DNA of 60,781 nucleotides, the filler included. It is 4 parts of 4 records of this genome, joined end to end, with 100 filler letters (N's around TTAATTAATTAA, not from the genome) between each part and the next. Parts side by side here need not be neighbours in the genome. Positions count along the whole stretch, not along the records: positions 39,940 to 51,530 come from DRR378314_1724; 3 more parts are not named here. One strand, 5' to 3'. Numbering within the stretch: the first letter of the stretch is position 1; every line of letters starts with the position of its first letter. Made by a program: the position numbers and the translations under genes. The notes below the pieces were generated by a model. That model was given only the letters and a program-made list of their open reading frames with translations. It was not told the DNA's origin and did no database searches. Shown piece after piece: positions 40,779-50,579 of this stretch.

Positions 40779-41267
40779 TTGTACCAGCTAACCCCGGAAA
40801 CACCGCAAGATTATTGGGAGGTCGAGGCGCTTTATGACACCTGTTTTGCACCGGGCCGCGAGGCCCTGTCGTCCTATCGTTTGCGCGACGGTATTCCGGC
40901 GGTTTCGGGGTTAAGCCATGTGGCTCGCGATGCGGGTGGCATTCTGGGCGGCGCCATCCGCTATTGGCCGGTACGTATCGGCGCGGTGGAGGCATTGTTG
41001 CTGGGCCCAGTGGCGGTGCACCCGACGCGGCAGGGCGAAGGGCTGGGCCGCGCATTGATCGAAGAAAGCCTGCGTCATGCCGCCCCTCTGGGTTGGGACC
41101 GGGTGATGCTGGTAGGCGATGCGCCCTATTACGGGCGTTTCGGGTTCGAGTTGTTGAAAGATATCGAGATGCCCCCTCCCACCAACCCTGCGCGGGTCTT
41201 GGGGCGGGCGATTGCACCGGGTGCTTGGGAAGGTGTTGCCGGCAAGGTCCGGCGCTGGCTGGATTGA
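40779..41267 (+). CDS. GNAT N-acetyltransferase (YhbS-like)
   Basis: LLLGPVAVHPxxQGEGLG and LVGDAPYYGRFGF. TTG start. Confidence 0.88.
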   Translation: MYQLTPETPQDYWEVEALYDTCFAPGREALSSYRLRDGIPAVSGLSHVARDAGGILGGAIRYWPVRIGAVEALLLGPVAVHPTRQGEGLGRALIEESLRHAAPLGWDRVMLVGDAPYYGRFGFELLKDIEMPPPTNPARVLGRAIAPGAWEGVAGKVRRWLD

Positions 41268-41313
41268 AATTCTGCCGTCGCCCCCCCACATTGACCACCA
41301 AAGGGGAGTTTCC

Positions 41314-42081
41314 ATGCAGATAGAATCCAGTTTGCCCACGCCGGTAGATGTTGAAGTTGAGATCGACAAGCTGGCCCGCCGGTATAAGGCGGCAGGTGGT
41401 TTGGGGATCAATGTGTTAAACCTGATTGGCGGCTCTGCGGACAATCTGATCGAGCGCTTGCCCGAGGGAATCCGGCGCAATCTGGAAAACGCCACAGTCG
41501 GAGCGCTAAATCAGGCAATGAAAGCGGCGCATTCCAGCCGGTCGGTCGTGCCCGATCAAGCCAGTTGGCTGAATCAGGCGGTGTCAACGGCGATGGGGGC
41601 CGCAGGCGGGGCAGGCGGCCTGCCAACTGCATTGGCGGAATTGCCGGTTACCACAACCCTGCTGTTGCGGGTGATCCAGGGGGTTGCGGTTGAACATGGT
41701 TTTGATCCCGAAGCGGAATCCGTGCAGTTTGATTGTGTGCAGGTTTTTGCGGCGGCGGGCCCTTTGTCGGGGGATGATGGTGCAGATCTGGGGTTCCTGT
41801 CGGCACGGCTGGCGCTTTCGGGCAAGGCAATGCAGGCGGTGATCGCCAAGATCGCTCCGAAACTGGCGGTGGTGCTGGGCCAGAAACTGGCGGCACAAGC
41901 GGTGCCGGTGCTGGGGGCGGTGGCCGGGGCCGCGACCAATTATGCCTATACCAGTTACTATCAGGACGTGGCCCATGTGCATTTCGGCCTGCGCAAACTG
42001 GCTATTGATGCGGATGTGCCCCATGCGGAACTGCTGGTGAAACTAAAGGAAAAAATGGCGAAGCCAAAGGTAACCGCCTGA
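41314..42081 (+). CDS. EcsC-family protein
   Basis: GAAGGAGGLPTALAELP and KLAAQAVPVLGAVAGAATN. ATG 41314 with GGGGAG RBS. Confidence 0.85.
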   Translation: MQIESSLPTPVDVEVEIDKLARRYKAAGGLGINVLNLIGGSADNLIERLPEGIRRNLENATVGALNQAMKAAHSSRSVVPDQASWLNQAVSTAMGAAGGAGGLPTALAELPVTTTLLLRVIQGVAVEHGFDPEAESVQFDCVQVFAAAGPLSGDDGADLGFLSARLALSGKAMQAVIAKIAPKLAVVLGQKLAAQAVPVLGAVAGAATNYAYTSYYQDVAHVHFGLRKLAIDADVPHAELLVKLKEKMAKPKVTA

Positions 42082-42110
42082 GATTGCCGCTCTGATACCG
42101 GGCAACCCGG

Positions 42111-43193
42111 TTAATGCCCGATGCTGATCGGCGCAACACTGGTGGCCTTCAGCACCGCGAAACATGTCTTGCCTGTTTCAAGGCCCAGTTCGGAGACCGC
42201 ACGGCCCGTGATCCTCGCCAGCAGCAGGTCCTGACCGGCGCGCAAACTGATCGCCGCACCTGGGCCATCGCCGCGCTGGATAGCTTCAATTGTCACAGGT
42301 AAAACATTTTGCGCAGACAGGCCTTCAGGCCGCCGGGTGGACAGCATTACGTCCTGTGCCAACACCCGCAGCCTGACCTTGGTGCCGGGCCGCGCCTGTA
42401 CCCCCGGCAGATGCAGCAAGCCCGCGCTGATCTTCAGGCAGGACAGCCCGTCCGCTGCATGTTCCACCACCACGGCCTCGATCACAGCGCCTGCATCCCG
42501 CACGCCAAGCAACGGCACGGCGGCGGGATCTGCCATCACTTCCATTGTTGGACCCGACCGCGCGACGGCACCATCCTTTAACAACACCAGCATATCGGCC
42601 AGCCGTGCAACCTCTTCAACCGAATGGCTGACATAGAGGATCGGCAGCCCAAGAGGCCCGTCCCGTAGGCGTTCGAGATAGGGTAGAATGTCCTGTTTGC
42701 GCGGGCCATCAAGGCTGGCCAGCGGTTCATCCATCAACAACATCCGTGGTTTGCTGAGCAGGGCGCGGCCAAGGGCGACCCGTTGTTTTTCACCACCGGA
42801 TAATTTGGCAGGGAGCCGGTCCAGCAGGGGCGCGAGCCCCAGTAGCTTGATGACATCGTCAAACTCGGGACCAACCGCATCAGCGGGCGCGTAGCGACTG
42901 CCGAAATTGAGGTTATCGCGCACGTTCAGATGCGGGAATAGTCGCGCGTCCTGAAAAACATATCCCAAACGGCGGGCCGCCGGGGGGAGGAACGTCGTGC
43001 CGTCAAACAGGGTGGTGTTGTCTAGGGCAATGCGTCCCGCATCCGGTTTCAACAGGCCGGCAACGGCGTTGATCACGGTGGTTTTGCCTGCGCCGGAACG
43101 CCCGAAAACGGCGGTGATTCCCCTCTCTGCCTCAAACGCGACCCGCAGGGTGAAATCCCCGAAACGGTGGGTAATATCCACATGTAATGTCAT
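42111..43193 (-). CDS. modC: Molybdate ABC transporter ATPase
   Basis: FGRSGAGKT, VFQDARLFPH, LSGGEKQR and a C-terminal TOBE/Mop (SAQNVL..LKA). Start 43193 overlaps the modB stop (ATGA). Confidence 0.95.
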   Translation of the reverse strand: MTLHVDITHRFGDFTLRVAFEAERGITAVFGRSGAGKTTVINAVAGLLKPDAGRIALDNTTLFDGTTFLPPAARRLGYVFQDARLFPHLNVRDNLNFGSRYAPADAVGPEFDDVIKLLGLAPLLDRLPAKLSGGEKQRVALGRALLSKPRMLLMDEPLASLDGPRKQDILPYLERLRDGPLGLPILYVSHSVEEVARLADMLVLLKDGAVARSGPTMEVMADPAAVPLLGVRDAGAVIEAVVVEHAADGLSCLKISAGLLHLPGVQARPGTKVRLRVLAQDVMLSTRRPEGLSAQNVLPVTIEAIQRGDGPGAAISLRAGQDLLLARITGRAVSELGLETGKTCFAVLKATSVAPISIGH

Positions 43194-43879
43194 GCGCCAG
43201 CGATCCGTGTCGCGACCCGCCGCGCAAGGCTTTCTGACGCCAACACAGCTGCCATCGCCACGGCGCAGGCCATCAACACCATGATAACGGCCTGATGTTC
43301 CCCACCGGGGATTTGCAGCGCACTCCAGATGGCGCTGGGCAGGGTCTGTGTCTGGCCGGGGATATTGGCGACAAAGGTGATTGTGGCCCCGAATTCGCCC
43401 ATGGCTTTGGCAAAACCCATCACCGCCCCGGCCAGAATACCGGGGGCGATCAGGGGCAGGGTGACGCGGCCAAAGACAGACCAACGCGGGGCGCCCAGGG
43501 TGGCAGCAGCTTCTTCAAGTTTGGGATCAACCGCTTCGATGGCAAGGCGCATGGCCCGGACCATCAGCGGAAACCCCATGATGATGGCGGCCAGCACCGC
43601 ACCGGACCAGTGAAAGGCAAAGGTGATGCCAATGCTGTCCAGCGCGCGGCCCAAGGGGGCAGTGCGGCCAAAGAGGATCAGCAGCAGATAACCGGTGACA
43701 ATGGGCGGTAGGACCAGTGGCAGGTGGACGGCGGCGCTGAGCAAGGCTTTGCCGCGAAAATCACGTCGCGCCAGTATCCATGCCACCCAAAGGGCCAGCG
43801 GCACGGCCAGCAGCGTGGCCCAGAGCGACACCCAAAGCGACAGGCGCAGTGCCTCCCATGCGGCGGCATCTGCGCTCAT
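43190..43879 (-). CDS. modB: Molybdate ABC transporter permease
   Basis: HLPLVLPPIVTGY, EAAATLGA and FAKAMGEFGAT. Confidence 0.95.
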   Translation of the reverse strand: MSADAAAWEALRLSLWVSLWATLLAVPLALWVAWILARRDFRGKALLSAAVHLPLVLPPIVTGYLLLILFGRTAPLGRALDSIGITFAFHWSGAVLAAIIMGFPLMVRAMRLAIEAVDPKLEEAAATLGAPRWSVFGRVTLPLIAPGILAGAVMGFAKAMGEFGATITFVANIPGQTQTLPSAIWSALQIPGGEHQAVIMVLMACAVAMAAVLASESLARRVATRIAGA

Positions 43880-44601
43880 TCCTGCGGTACCGGGGCAAAG
43901 CCATGGCTGGCAAAAATCGCGGCAGAGGCGGCTGTGGTCAGGTTGGTGATATATTTAGCCCCAGCGGGTGTGAGGCTGGCCGCGAGATAGGTTATTGGCT
44001 CATGGGCCTCCGAGGGCCCGGTCAGCAGCACGCGGACCTGCGGTTCGGCAAAGGCATCGCTGGCATATACGACGCCCAAGGGCACCTCTCCCCGCGCGAC
44101 CAAAGCAAGGGCGGCACGGACATTATCGGTTTCGGCCAGATGGGTGCTGAGCTCATCCCAAAGACCCATATGGTTCAGCCATTGTTTTGCATAGGTGCCG
44201 GCGGGCACCGCGTCGTGTTGCCCCATGGCAAGGCGGCCTGTGCCAAGCAGCGTGGTGATCTCGTCGGTTGACGTCAGCGGCGGGGCCGTTTTTGCACCGA
44301 TCAGGACCAGCCGGTTGCCCGCGATTGTGACTGGCGCGGAAAGTGTGTTGATGCCCTGTGTCGTCAGCCAGTCCATCCAGAGCCTGTTGGCCAGCACCAC
44401 TACGTCAGCAGGCGCGCCAGCTGCCACTTGCCGCGCCATGGTGCCGGAGCCGCCAAAGGACAGGCGGGCCTTTTGCGGAGAGGGTGCCGCAATATCTTCC
44501 AACACGCCGCGCAGGCTGGCGGCGGCAAAAACAGTGATCTGTTCAGCACGTGCCGCAAAGGGCAGGGTTAAACAGATAAAAATCGCGGCAAATCGTGTCA
44601 T
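43876..44601 (-). CDS. modA: Molybdate-binding periplasmic protein
   Basis: Signal peptide, VFAAASL, FGGSG, VPAGTYA, NVRAAL, GVVYASDA. Confidence 0.95.
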   Translation of the reverse strand: MTRFAAIFICLTLPFAARAEQITVFAAASLRGVLEDIAAPSPQKARLSFGGSGTMARQVAAGAPADVVVLANRLWMDWLTTQGINTLSAPVTIAGNRLVLIGAKTAPPLTSTDEITTLLGTGRLAMGQHDAVPAGTYAKQWLNHMGLWDELSTHLAETDNVRAALALVARGEVPLGVVYASDAFAEPQVRVLLTGPSEAHEPITYLAASLTPAGAKYITNLTTAASAAIFASHGFAPVPQE

Positions 44602-44716
44602 TCATCGCAGTATCTGCGAAGCTTCGCCCCCCTTCAAGCGCAATGGCGCAATCTAGGCGCTTGCGATCAGCCGCATGGCGCGGCATGTCTGGCGCAGTGA
44701 ATTTTACAGGCGTATC

Positions 44717-45187
44717 ATGGTGAACCAGCCCCCTCTCTCCCTTCTTGGTGCCGGAAAAGGCGATCTGCGCACGCAGTTTGCGGCGCTTTGTTATCGGGTC
44801 AGGCGCGGCAAGGTGCAGATTTTGGTGATCACTTCACGCCGTTCAAAGCGCTGGATCGTTCCCAAGGGTTGGCCGATGGAGGGAAAAACGCCCGCTGCCG
44901 CAGCGGCGCAGGAGGCTTGGGAAGAAGCAGGGGTGCGCGGGCAGGTCGATGAAACGGCATTGGGTGTCTATACCTATGGCAAGACCACTGTAGTGGGGGG
45001 GGAGCTGCCCTGTGTGGTGATGTTATACCCTGTGTTGGTGAAATCGCTGGCGAAAAAATTTCCCGAAAGCGGGCAGCGGCGGCGCAAGTGGGTGTCGCGC
45101 AAGAAGGCGGCGAAAAAAGTGGCGGAAGAGGATCTTGCCCGTCTGATTCTGAATTTCGATCCGCGCAGTACGCGCAAGCATTCTTGA
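44717..45187 (+). CDS. NUDIX hydrolase
   Basis: LVITSRRxxRWIVPKGW and Nudix box AAQEAWEEAG. Start uncertain. Confidence 0.88.
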   Translation: MVNQPPLSLLGAGKGDLRTQFAALCYRVRRGKVQILVITSRRSKRWIVPKGWPMEGKTPAAAAAQEAWEEAGVRGQVDETALGVYTYGKTTVVGGELPCVVMLYPVLVKSLAKKFPESGQRRRKWVSRKKAAKKVAEEDLARLILNFDPRSTRKHS

Positions 45188-45235
45188 CCTCGCGGCCTCA
45201 GGCACCCATGTCTGTGGGAGGAGTTGAAAGCACCG

Positions 45236-45664
45236 ATGATCCGATACACCCTTAAATGCGACCAGGACCACCATGTTGAAAGCTGGTTTCAATCTGCACA
45301 GGCCTATGATGCCCTGGAGAAAGCAGGGCATCTGAACTGTGCCACCTGCGGCAGCAGCAAGATCACCAAAGCCCTGATGGCCCCGCCTGTGCGTGTTTCA
45401 GATGACAAGGCGGCGAAGGTGCCGGTCTTGTCTGAACCAGCAGGAGAGAAGGAAAAGGCGCTGGAGGCGCTGCGCAAGAAAGTGGAAGAAACGTCGGATT
45501 ATGTCGGGGAAAGTTTCACCCAAGAGGCGCGCGCCATGCATCTGGGCGAGAAACCGGAGCGTGCGATCTATGGTGAGGCGCGATTGGATCAGGCGAAAGA
45601 ACTGATTGAGGAGGGGGTGCCGCTGATGCCCCTGCCGTTCCGTCCGAAACAGAAATTGACCTGA
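45236..45664 (+). CDS. DUF1178-family protein
   Basis: MIRYTLKC..H..ESWF, CxxCGS, KALMAP, YVGExFxxEARAMH, IYGEA. Confidence 0.85.
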   Translation: MIRYTLKCDQDHHVESWFQSAQAYDALEKAGHLNCATCGSSKITKALMAPPVRVSDDKAAKVPVLSEPAGEKEKALEALRKKVEETSDYVGESFTQEARAMHLGEKPERAIYGEARLDQAKELIEEGVPLMPLPFRPKQKLT

Positions 45665-45683
45665 GCCTCATAAGGAAGACCCC

Positions 45684-46340
45684 ATGAATATCGTGATCAC
45701 CGGAGCAAGCCGTGGCATTGGGGCTGGATTGGCTGAACACTATCGCGCGCAGGGGCACGAGGTTATCGGCACGGGACGTTCTGTTGCGTCACAATTGCAA
45801 CTGGATGTGACGCGCCCGGCCAGCCACAGGGAAATGGCCGAGGCGCTGGAGGGGCAGGCGGTTGATTTGCTGGTGTGTAACGCAGGCGTATATCTGGACA
45901 AAGGTGACGATCTGGACAGCGGATATGGCGCGGATCTTTGGGCGCAGAGTTTTGCCACCAATGTGACGGGGGTGTTCATGAGCATTCAGGCCTTGTTGCC
46001 GCATCTGCGCCGCGCCGGCTCTTCGAAGATTGCCATCCTCTCATCGCAGATGGGATCGGATGCACGGGCAAAAGCAGGGGGCAGCGGCGGGAGCTATATT
46101 TACCGGGCGTCGAAAGCGGCTGCCTTAAACCTTGGGTTGAACTTGGCCAATGATCTGAAGGCCGAAGGCATTGCCGTGGGGATTTATCATCCGGGCTGGG
46201 TGCAGACCGATATGGGCGGCAAGACCGCAGAGATCACCACGCAAGAGGCGGTCGAGGGGCTGGCTGCGCGCTTTGCTGCGTTGAATATCGATACAACCGG
46301 CTGTTTTGAAAACTGGGATGGCCGCCCGCATGCGTTTTGA
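45684..46340 (+). CDS. Short-chain dehydrogenase/reductase (CsgA-like)
   Basis: ITGASRGIG, NAG, YRASK, HPGWVQTDMGG. Confidence 0.9.
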   Translation: MNIVITGASRGIGAGLAEHYRAQGHEVIGTGRSVASQLQLDVTRPASHREMAEALEGQAVDLLVCNAGVYLDKGDDLDSGYGADLWAQSFATNVTGVFMSIQALLPHLRRAGSSKIAILSSQMGSDARAKAGGSGGSYIYRASKAAALNLGLNLANDLKAEGIAVGIYHPGWVQTDMGGKTAEITTQEAVEGLAARFAALNIDTTGCFENWDGRPHAF

Positions 46341-46519
46341 GCTGTTGCGGGCGAGATGAGTCTTTTTATGGAATTTGCTTCGGGCAAATTCGTTGAGGCG
46401 CTGCCTCAAACTCCGCAGGATATAGAGCCAAAAAGAGGAAGACAGGGTTTTGGCGTTGTCATGCTTGCTCTTGCGGGTGTGCTGGCGTAAACGGCGCTGG
46501 ACTTAAGGGGCGAGGGAAT

Positions 46520-47758
46520 ATGCCTGTTCTTGTGATGAAATTCGGCGGCACCTCTGTCGCCACGCTGGATCGGATCCGCCGGGCGGCAAAACGCGTTGGT
46601 GTGGAAGTGGCCAAAGGCTATGATGTAATTGTCATTGTATCGGCCATGTCGGGCAAGACCAATGAGCTGGTCGGTTGGGTCAATGAGACCTCGCCGATGT
46701 ATGATGCGCGCGAATATGATGCGGTTGTGTCTTCTGGCGAGAATGTCACAGCAGGTTTGATGGCGCTGACCCTGCAGGAAATGGATGTGCCGGCGCGGTC
46801 CTGGCAGGGCTGGCAGGTGCCGGTGCAGACAACAAGCGCCCATTCGGCCGCGCGGATCGAGGATATTCCGCCAGCCAATATCATGAATAAATTTGCCGAA
46901 GGTATGAAAGTGGCTGTGGTGGCGGGCTTTCAGGGGGTCAGCCCTGAGGGGCGGATCACCACCCTGGGGCGTGGCGGTTCGGATACCACAGCGGTGGCTT
47001 TTGCGGCTGCTTTTGAAGCGGAGCGCTGTGATATCTATACCGATGTTGACGGGGTTTATACCACCGATCCGCGGGTTGAATCAAAGGCGCGCAAGCTCGA
47101 CAAGATTTCCTTTGAGGAGATGTTGGAACTTGCGTCTTTGGGGGCGAAGGTTCTGCAAACGCGATCCGTTGAACTGGCGATGCGCTATAAGGTTAAGCTG
47201 CGGGTGCTGTCGAGTTTTGAAGAACAATCGGACGAAGCCGGAACGCTTGTCTGTGATGAGGAGGAAATTATGGAAAGCAATGTGGTTGCAGGCGTGGCGT
47301 TCAGCCGCGAAGAGGCCAAGATGACGCTGGTGTCGGTTGCAGACCGGCCGGGCATCGCGGCGCTGATCTTTTCCGCCCTGTCGGATGCTGGTGTAAACGT
47401 CGACATGATTGTGCAGAATATTTCCGAAGAAGGGCGCACCGATATGACGTGGTCCTGCCCGGTGGATCAGGTCAAACGCGCCGAACAGGCGATGGCTGAG
47501 GCGAAATCAAGCGGCATCATCAACTACAGTGAGCTGTTGGCGGATCAGGATGTGGCCAAGGTTTCTGTTGTCGGCATCGGCATGCGCAGCCACACAGGTG
47601 TGGCGGCCAAGATGTTTCAGGTTCTGTCAAACGAGGGCATCAACATTCAGGTCATCACCACCTCTGAGATCAAGATTTCCGTGTTGATCAATCGCAAATA
47701 TATGGAGCTGGCGGTTCAGGCCCTGCATGATGCGTTTGAACTGGACAAGGCCGCTTAG
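46520..47758 (+). CDS. lysC: Aspartate kinase
   Basis: VMKFGGTSV, VSAMS, TLGRGGSDTT, IYTDVDG and two ACT domains. Confidence 0.96.
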   Translation: MPVLVMKFGGTSVATLDRIRRAAKRVGVEVAKGYDVIVIVSAMSGKTNELVGWVNETSPMYDAREYDAVVSSGENVTAGLMALTLQEMDVPARSWQGWQVPVQTTSAHSAARIEDIPPANIMNKFAEGMKVAVVAGFQGVSPEGRITTLGRGGSDTTAVAFAAAFEAERCDIYTDVDGVYTTDPRVESKARKLDKISFEEMLELASLGAKVLQTRSVELAMRYKVKLRVLSSFEEQSDEAGTLVCDEEEIMESNVVAGVAFSREEAKMTLVSVADRPGIAALIFSALSDAGVNVDMIVQNISEEGRTDMTWSCPVDQVKRAEQAMAEAKSSGIINYSELLADQDVAKVSVVGIGMRSHTGVAAKMFQVLSNEGINIQVITTSEIKISVLINRKYMELAVQALHDAFELDKAA

Positions 47759-47768
47759 GGCCTGGACC

Positions 47769-47936
47769 TTAAGCGCGTCGCGGTTTTCGCATCAGGAAAT
47801 AGACCGGCAGCCCCAGCATCGTGCTGAGCAGAATGAACAGGGCCCAGCCATGGGCGTTCATGTTGCGGGCCTGGGCGTCAGAAAAAATCATATAGGCGCA
47901 GAGTGCTGAAATGAGCGGCAGGAGGAGCATCGGCAT
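47769..47936 (-). CDS. Small two-helix membrane protein (PLDc_N-like), absent from the ORF track
   Basis: 55 aa, MPMLLLPLISALCAYMIFSDAQARNMNAHGWALFILLSTMLGLPVYFLMRKPRRA. GGGAG RBS. Confidence 0.75.
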   Translation of the reverse strand: MPMLLLPLISALCAYMIFSDAQARNMNAHGWALFILLSTMLGLPVYFLMRKPRRA

Positions 47937-48134
47937 GGTGGTTCTCCCTGTGATTTGACAGCGTCTGTATCTGATATAGTAATGCCGACGCTTAGTTTCT
48001 AGACGTCATTGCCGATTTCCGCTGATTGCGCGGGCACAACCAATAATTGTGCGCTCTTATCAAATTCGGCCATTTCGCTTTTGTCCTGCCTGTGGTGTAA
48101 GCTGTTCTGGGTTAAACCGGAAGGACGCGCCAGT

Positions 48135-50384
48135 ATGGCCGAGCGTACAGAGACAGAGAGCCGCAAGCTATTGGGCAGGTTGCGGGATGCGATGGCGGGA
48201 GATCATGCTGGTCAGGAACGGCTGGATAAGATCACCCATTTGATCGCGACTTCCATGGGGTGTGAAGTCTGTTCGATCTATCTGTTCCGTGACGAGGATA
48301 CGCTGGAGCTTTGCGCCACAGAAGGGCTGAACGCGCAGGCGGTGCATGAAACCCGGATGAAGCTGGGTGAAGGTCTGGTGGGGCGCGTCGCCAAATTCCG
48401 GCGTGTGATCAATACACCGGATGCGCCGCAGGCGACCGGTTTCCGCTTTATGCCGGAAACCGGCGAGGAAATTTATTCCAGCTTCCTTGGCGTGCCAGTA
48501 CAACGGTTGGGCGAAACGCTGGGTGTTCTGGTGGTTCAGTCCAAAACCGCGCGCGAATTTTCCGCAGATGAGGTCTATGCGCTTGAGGTTGTGGCCATGG
48601 TCCTGGCCGAGATGACTGAATTGGGTGCCTTTGTGGGGGAGGGGGCAGCCATGTCCGCGCGCCATTCACAGCCGGTTCTGCTGCGGGGCACGGTTGCGCA
48701 GGAGGGTGTTGCCGAAGGGCATGTCTGGCTGCATGAACCGCGTGTGGTTGTGTCAAATCTGATTGCCGATGATCCGGTACGCGAGACCGAGCGGCTGACC
48801 GAGGCGGTTGATACCCTGCGGGTTAGCGTGGATCAGATGTTGTCGATGGCCGGAAATGGCGACAAGGACCAGCAGCAAGTGCTGGAAACCTATCGGATGT
48901 TTGCCAACTCCAAAGGCTGGATGCGGCGGATGTCGGAAGACATTCAAAGCGGATTGTCAGCAGAGGCCGCTGTGGAAAAAGAGCAGTCCCTGGCGCGCGC
49001 CAGGATGAGCCAGTCCACCGATGCCTATCTGCGTGAACGGCTGAGCGACCTTGATGATCTGTCCAATCGGTTGCTGCGCATTCTGACCGGACAGGGCGCG
49101 GATACCGGAGCTGAGATGCCGGCAGATCCGATTCTTGTGGCGCGTAACATTGGCCCAGCGGAATTGCTGGAATACGGGCGCGGGTTGCGGGGGATCGTGC
49201 TGGAAGGTGGCTCTGTCGGGTCGCATGCGGCGATTGTGGCGCGGGCGCTGGCGATCCCGCTGATCGTACATGCGGGGCGGATCACCAATGATGCGCTGAA
49301 CGGTGATCACATCATGGTGGACGGTGAACAGGGCATTATCCATCTGCGCCCTGATGACATGGTGGCCACCGCATTCCGTGACAAGATTGCGATGCAGGCG
49401 GCGGCGCAGGAACGTTATTCCGCGATTTTGGACCAGCCAGCGCAGGCAAAATGCGGCGCGGTGATCAAACTGGACATGAATGCTGGATTGATGGCTGATT
49501 TGCCCTCTCTGGTCAGTTCCGGCGCGGAAGGCGTTGGCTTGTTTCGCACCGAACTGCAGTTTCTGGTGCGCAACCAGATGCCGAAACGCTCCGAGTTATC
49601 AGCGCTTTATGCGCGGGTGCTGGATGCGGCAGGCGGCAAACGTGTGGTATTTCGCACGCTTGATATCGGGTCGGACAAGGTGCTGCCCTATATGAAACCC
49701 AATGATGAGCCGAACCCGGCACTGGGCTGGCGGGCGATCCGGGTGGGCCTCGACAAACCCGGCGTGATGCGGATGCAGTTGCAGGCATTGATCCGCGCGG
49801 CAAACGGGCGGCCGTTGACGGTGATGTTCCCCTTTGTCGCGCAGTTCGAGGAATTCCGTGCGGCCAGTCGCGAGGTTGACAAGGCCATTGAGCGGGAGAA
49901 AATTCTGGGCCATGTCCTGCCCAGCAAAATTGAAGTGGGCGCAATGCTTGAAACACCCAGCCTTGCCTTTGCGCCCGAGAAGTTCTTTGAAGAGGTCAAG
50001 TTTCTGTCGGTGGGCGGTAACGACCTGAAGCAGTTTTTCTTTGCGGCGGATCGCGAAAACGAACGGGTGCGCAAGCGCTATGATACGTTGAACGTTAGTT
50101 TTCTGACTTTCCTAGAGGGCATCGTTGAGCGCTGCGCCCGCACCAATACCGACCTGTCATTTTGTGGTGAAGATGCGGGCCGCCCGGTGGAGGCTTTGTG
50201 TTTCGCTGCCATCGGGTTTCGCAGCCTGTCGATGCGGCCTGCCTCGATCGGTCCGGTGAAAAGCCTGCTGCGGCGGTGCAATCTGGAAGATGTACGCGCG
50301 GTTATCAATGCTGCACGCGAACGCGGAGAGATGTCGGTGCGGGCAGATGTGATGGAATATGTAAAATCCCAGCATCAATCCTGA
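48135..50384 (+). CDS. ptsP: PEP-protein phosphotransferase EI-Ntr
   Basis: N-terminal GAF (CSIYL..LCATEGL), SHAAIVAR phospho-His, GVGLFRTE, EPNPALGWRAIR. Start reassigned to ATG 48135. Confidence 0.95.
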   Translation: MAERTETESRKLLGRLRDAMAGDHAGQERLDKITHLIATSMGCEVCSIYLFRDEDTLELCATEGLNAQAVHETRMKLGEGLVGRVAKFRRVINTPDAPQATGFRFMPETGEEIYSSFLGVPVQRLGETLGVLVVQSKTAREFSADEVYALEVVAMVLAEMTELGAFVGEGAAMSARHSQPVLLRGTVAQEGVAEGHVWLHEPRVVVSNLIADDPVRETERLTEAVDTLRVSVDQMLSMAGNGDKDQQQVLETYRMFANSKGWMRRMSEDIQSGLSAEAAVEKEQSLARARMSQSTDAYLRERLSDLDDLSNRLLRILTGQGADTGAEMPADPILVARNIGPAELLEYGRGLRGIVLEGGSVGSHAAIVARALAIPLIVHAGRITNDALNGDHIMVDGEQGIIHLRPDDMVATAFRDKIAMQAAAQERYSAILDQPAQAKCGAVIKLDMNAGLMADLPSLVSSGAEGVGLFRTELQFLVRNQMPKRSELSALYARVLDAAGGKRVVFRTLDIGSDKVLPYMKPNDEPNPALGWRAIRVGLDKPGVMRMQLQALIRAANGRPLTVMFPFVAQFEEFRAASREVDKAIEREKILGHVLPSKIEVGAMLETPSLAFAPEKFFEEVKFLSVGGNDLKQFFFAADRENERVRKRYDTLNVSFLTFLEGIVERCARTNTDLSFCGEDAGRPVEALCFAAIGFRSLSMRPASIGPVKSLLRRCNLEDVRAVINAARERGEMSVRADVMEYVKSQHQS

Positions 50385-50390
50385 CGCAGG

Positions 50391-50579
50391 TTACTTTGCC
50401 GCTTCAATCGCGGCGCGCAGAACCGCGCGGTCACCGATGTGATTGGCCAGCGTCAGGATCAGCCGCGCGTTAAATGCGTCGCTTTCCTCGTCACTCAACC
50501 CGGCATGGGCCTGCAACAGCTCGTCATAAAACCCGTCAGGGTCGGGGATGTTGGGATCAAGATTCACAGTCATGTTCAA
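50391..50579 (-). CDS. DUF2783-family protein
   Basis: PNIPDPDGFYxxLxxAHxGLS and NARLILTLANHIGD. Confidence 0.85.
   Translation of the reverse strand: MNMTVNLDPNIPDPDGFYDELLQAHAGLSDEESDAFNARLILTLANHIGDRAVLRAAIEAAK

Noticed and set aside
42111-43484. 457-aa ModC with a long N-terminal extension
   Set aside because: The extension overlaps modB in another frame; the true start is the ATGA-coupled ATG at 43193.
48009-48134. N-terminal extension of PtsP
   Set aside because: ATG 48135 has an AAGGA RBS and gives a normal GAF N-terminus.
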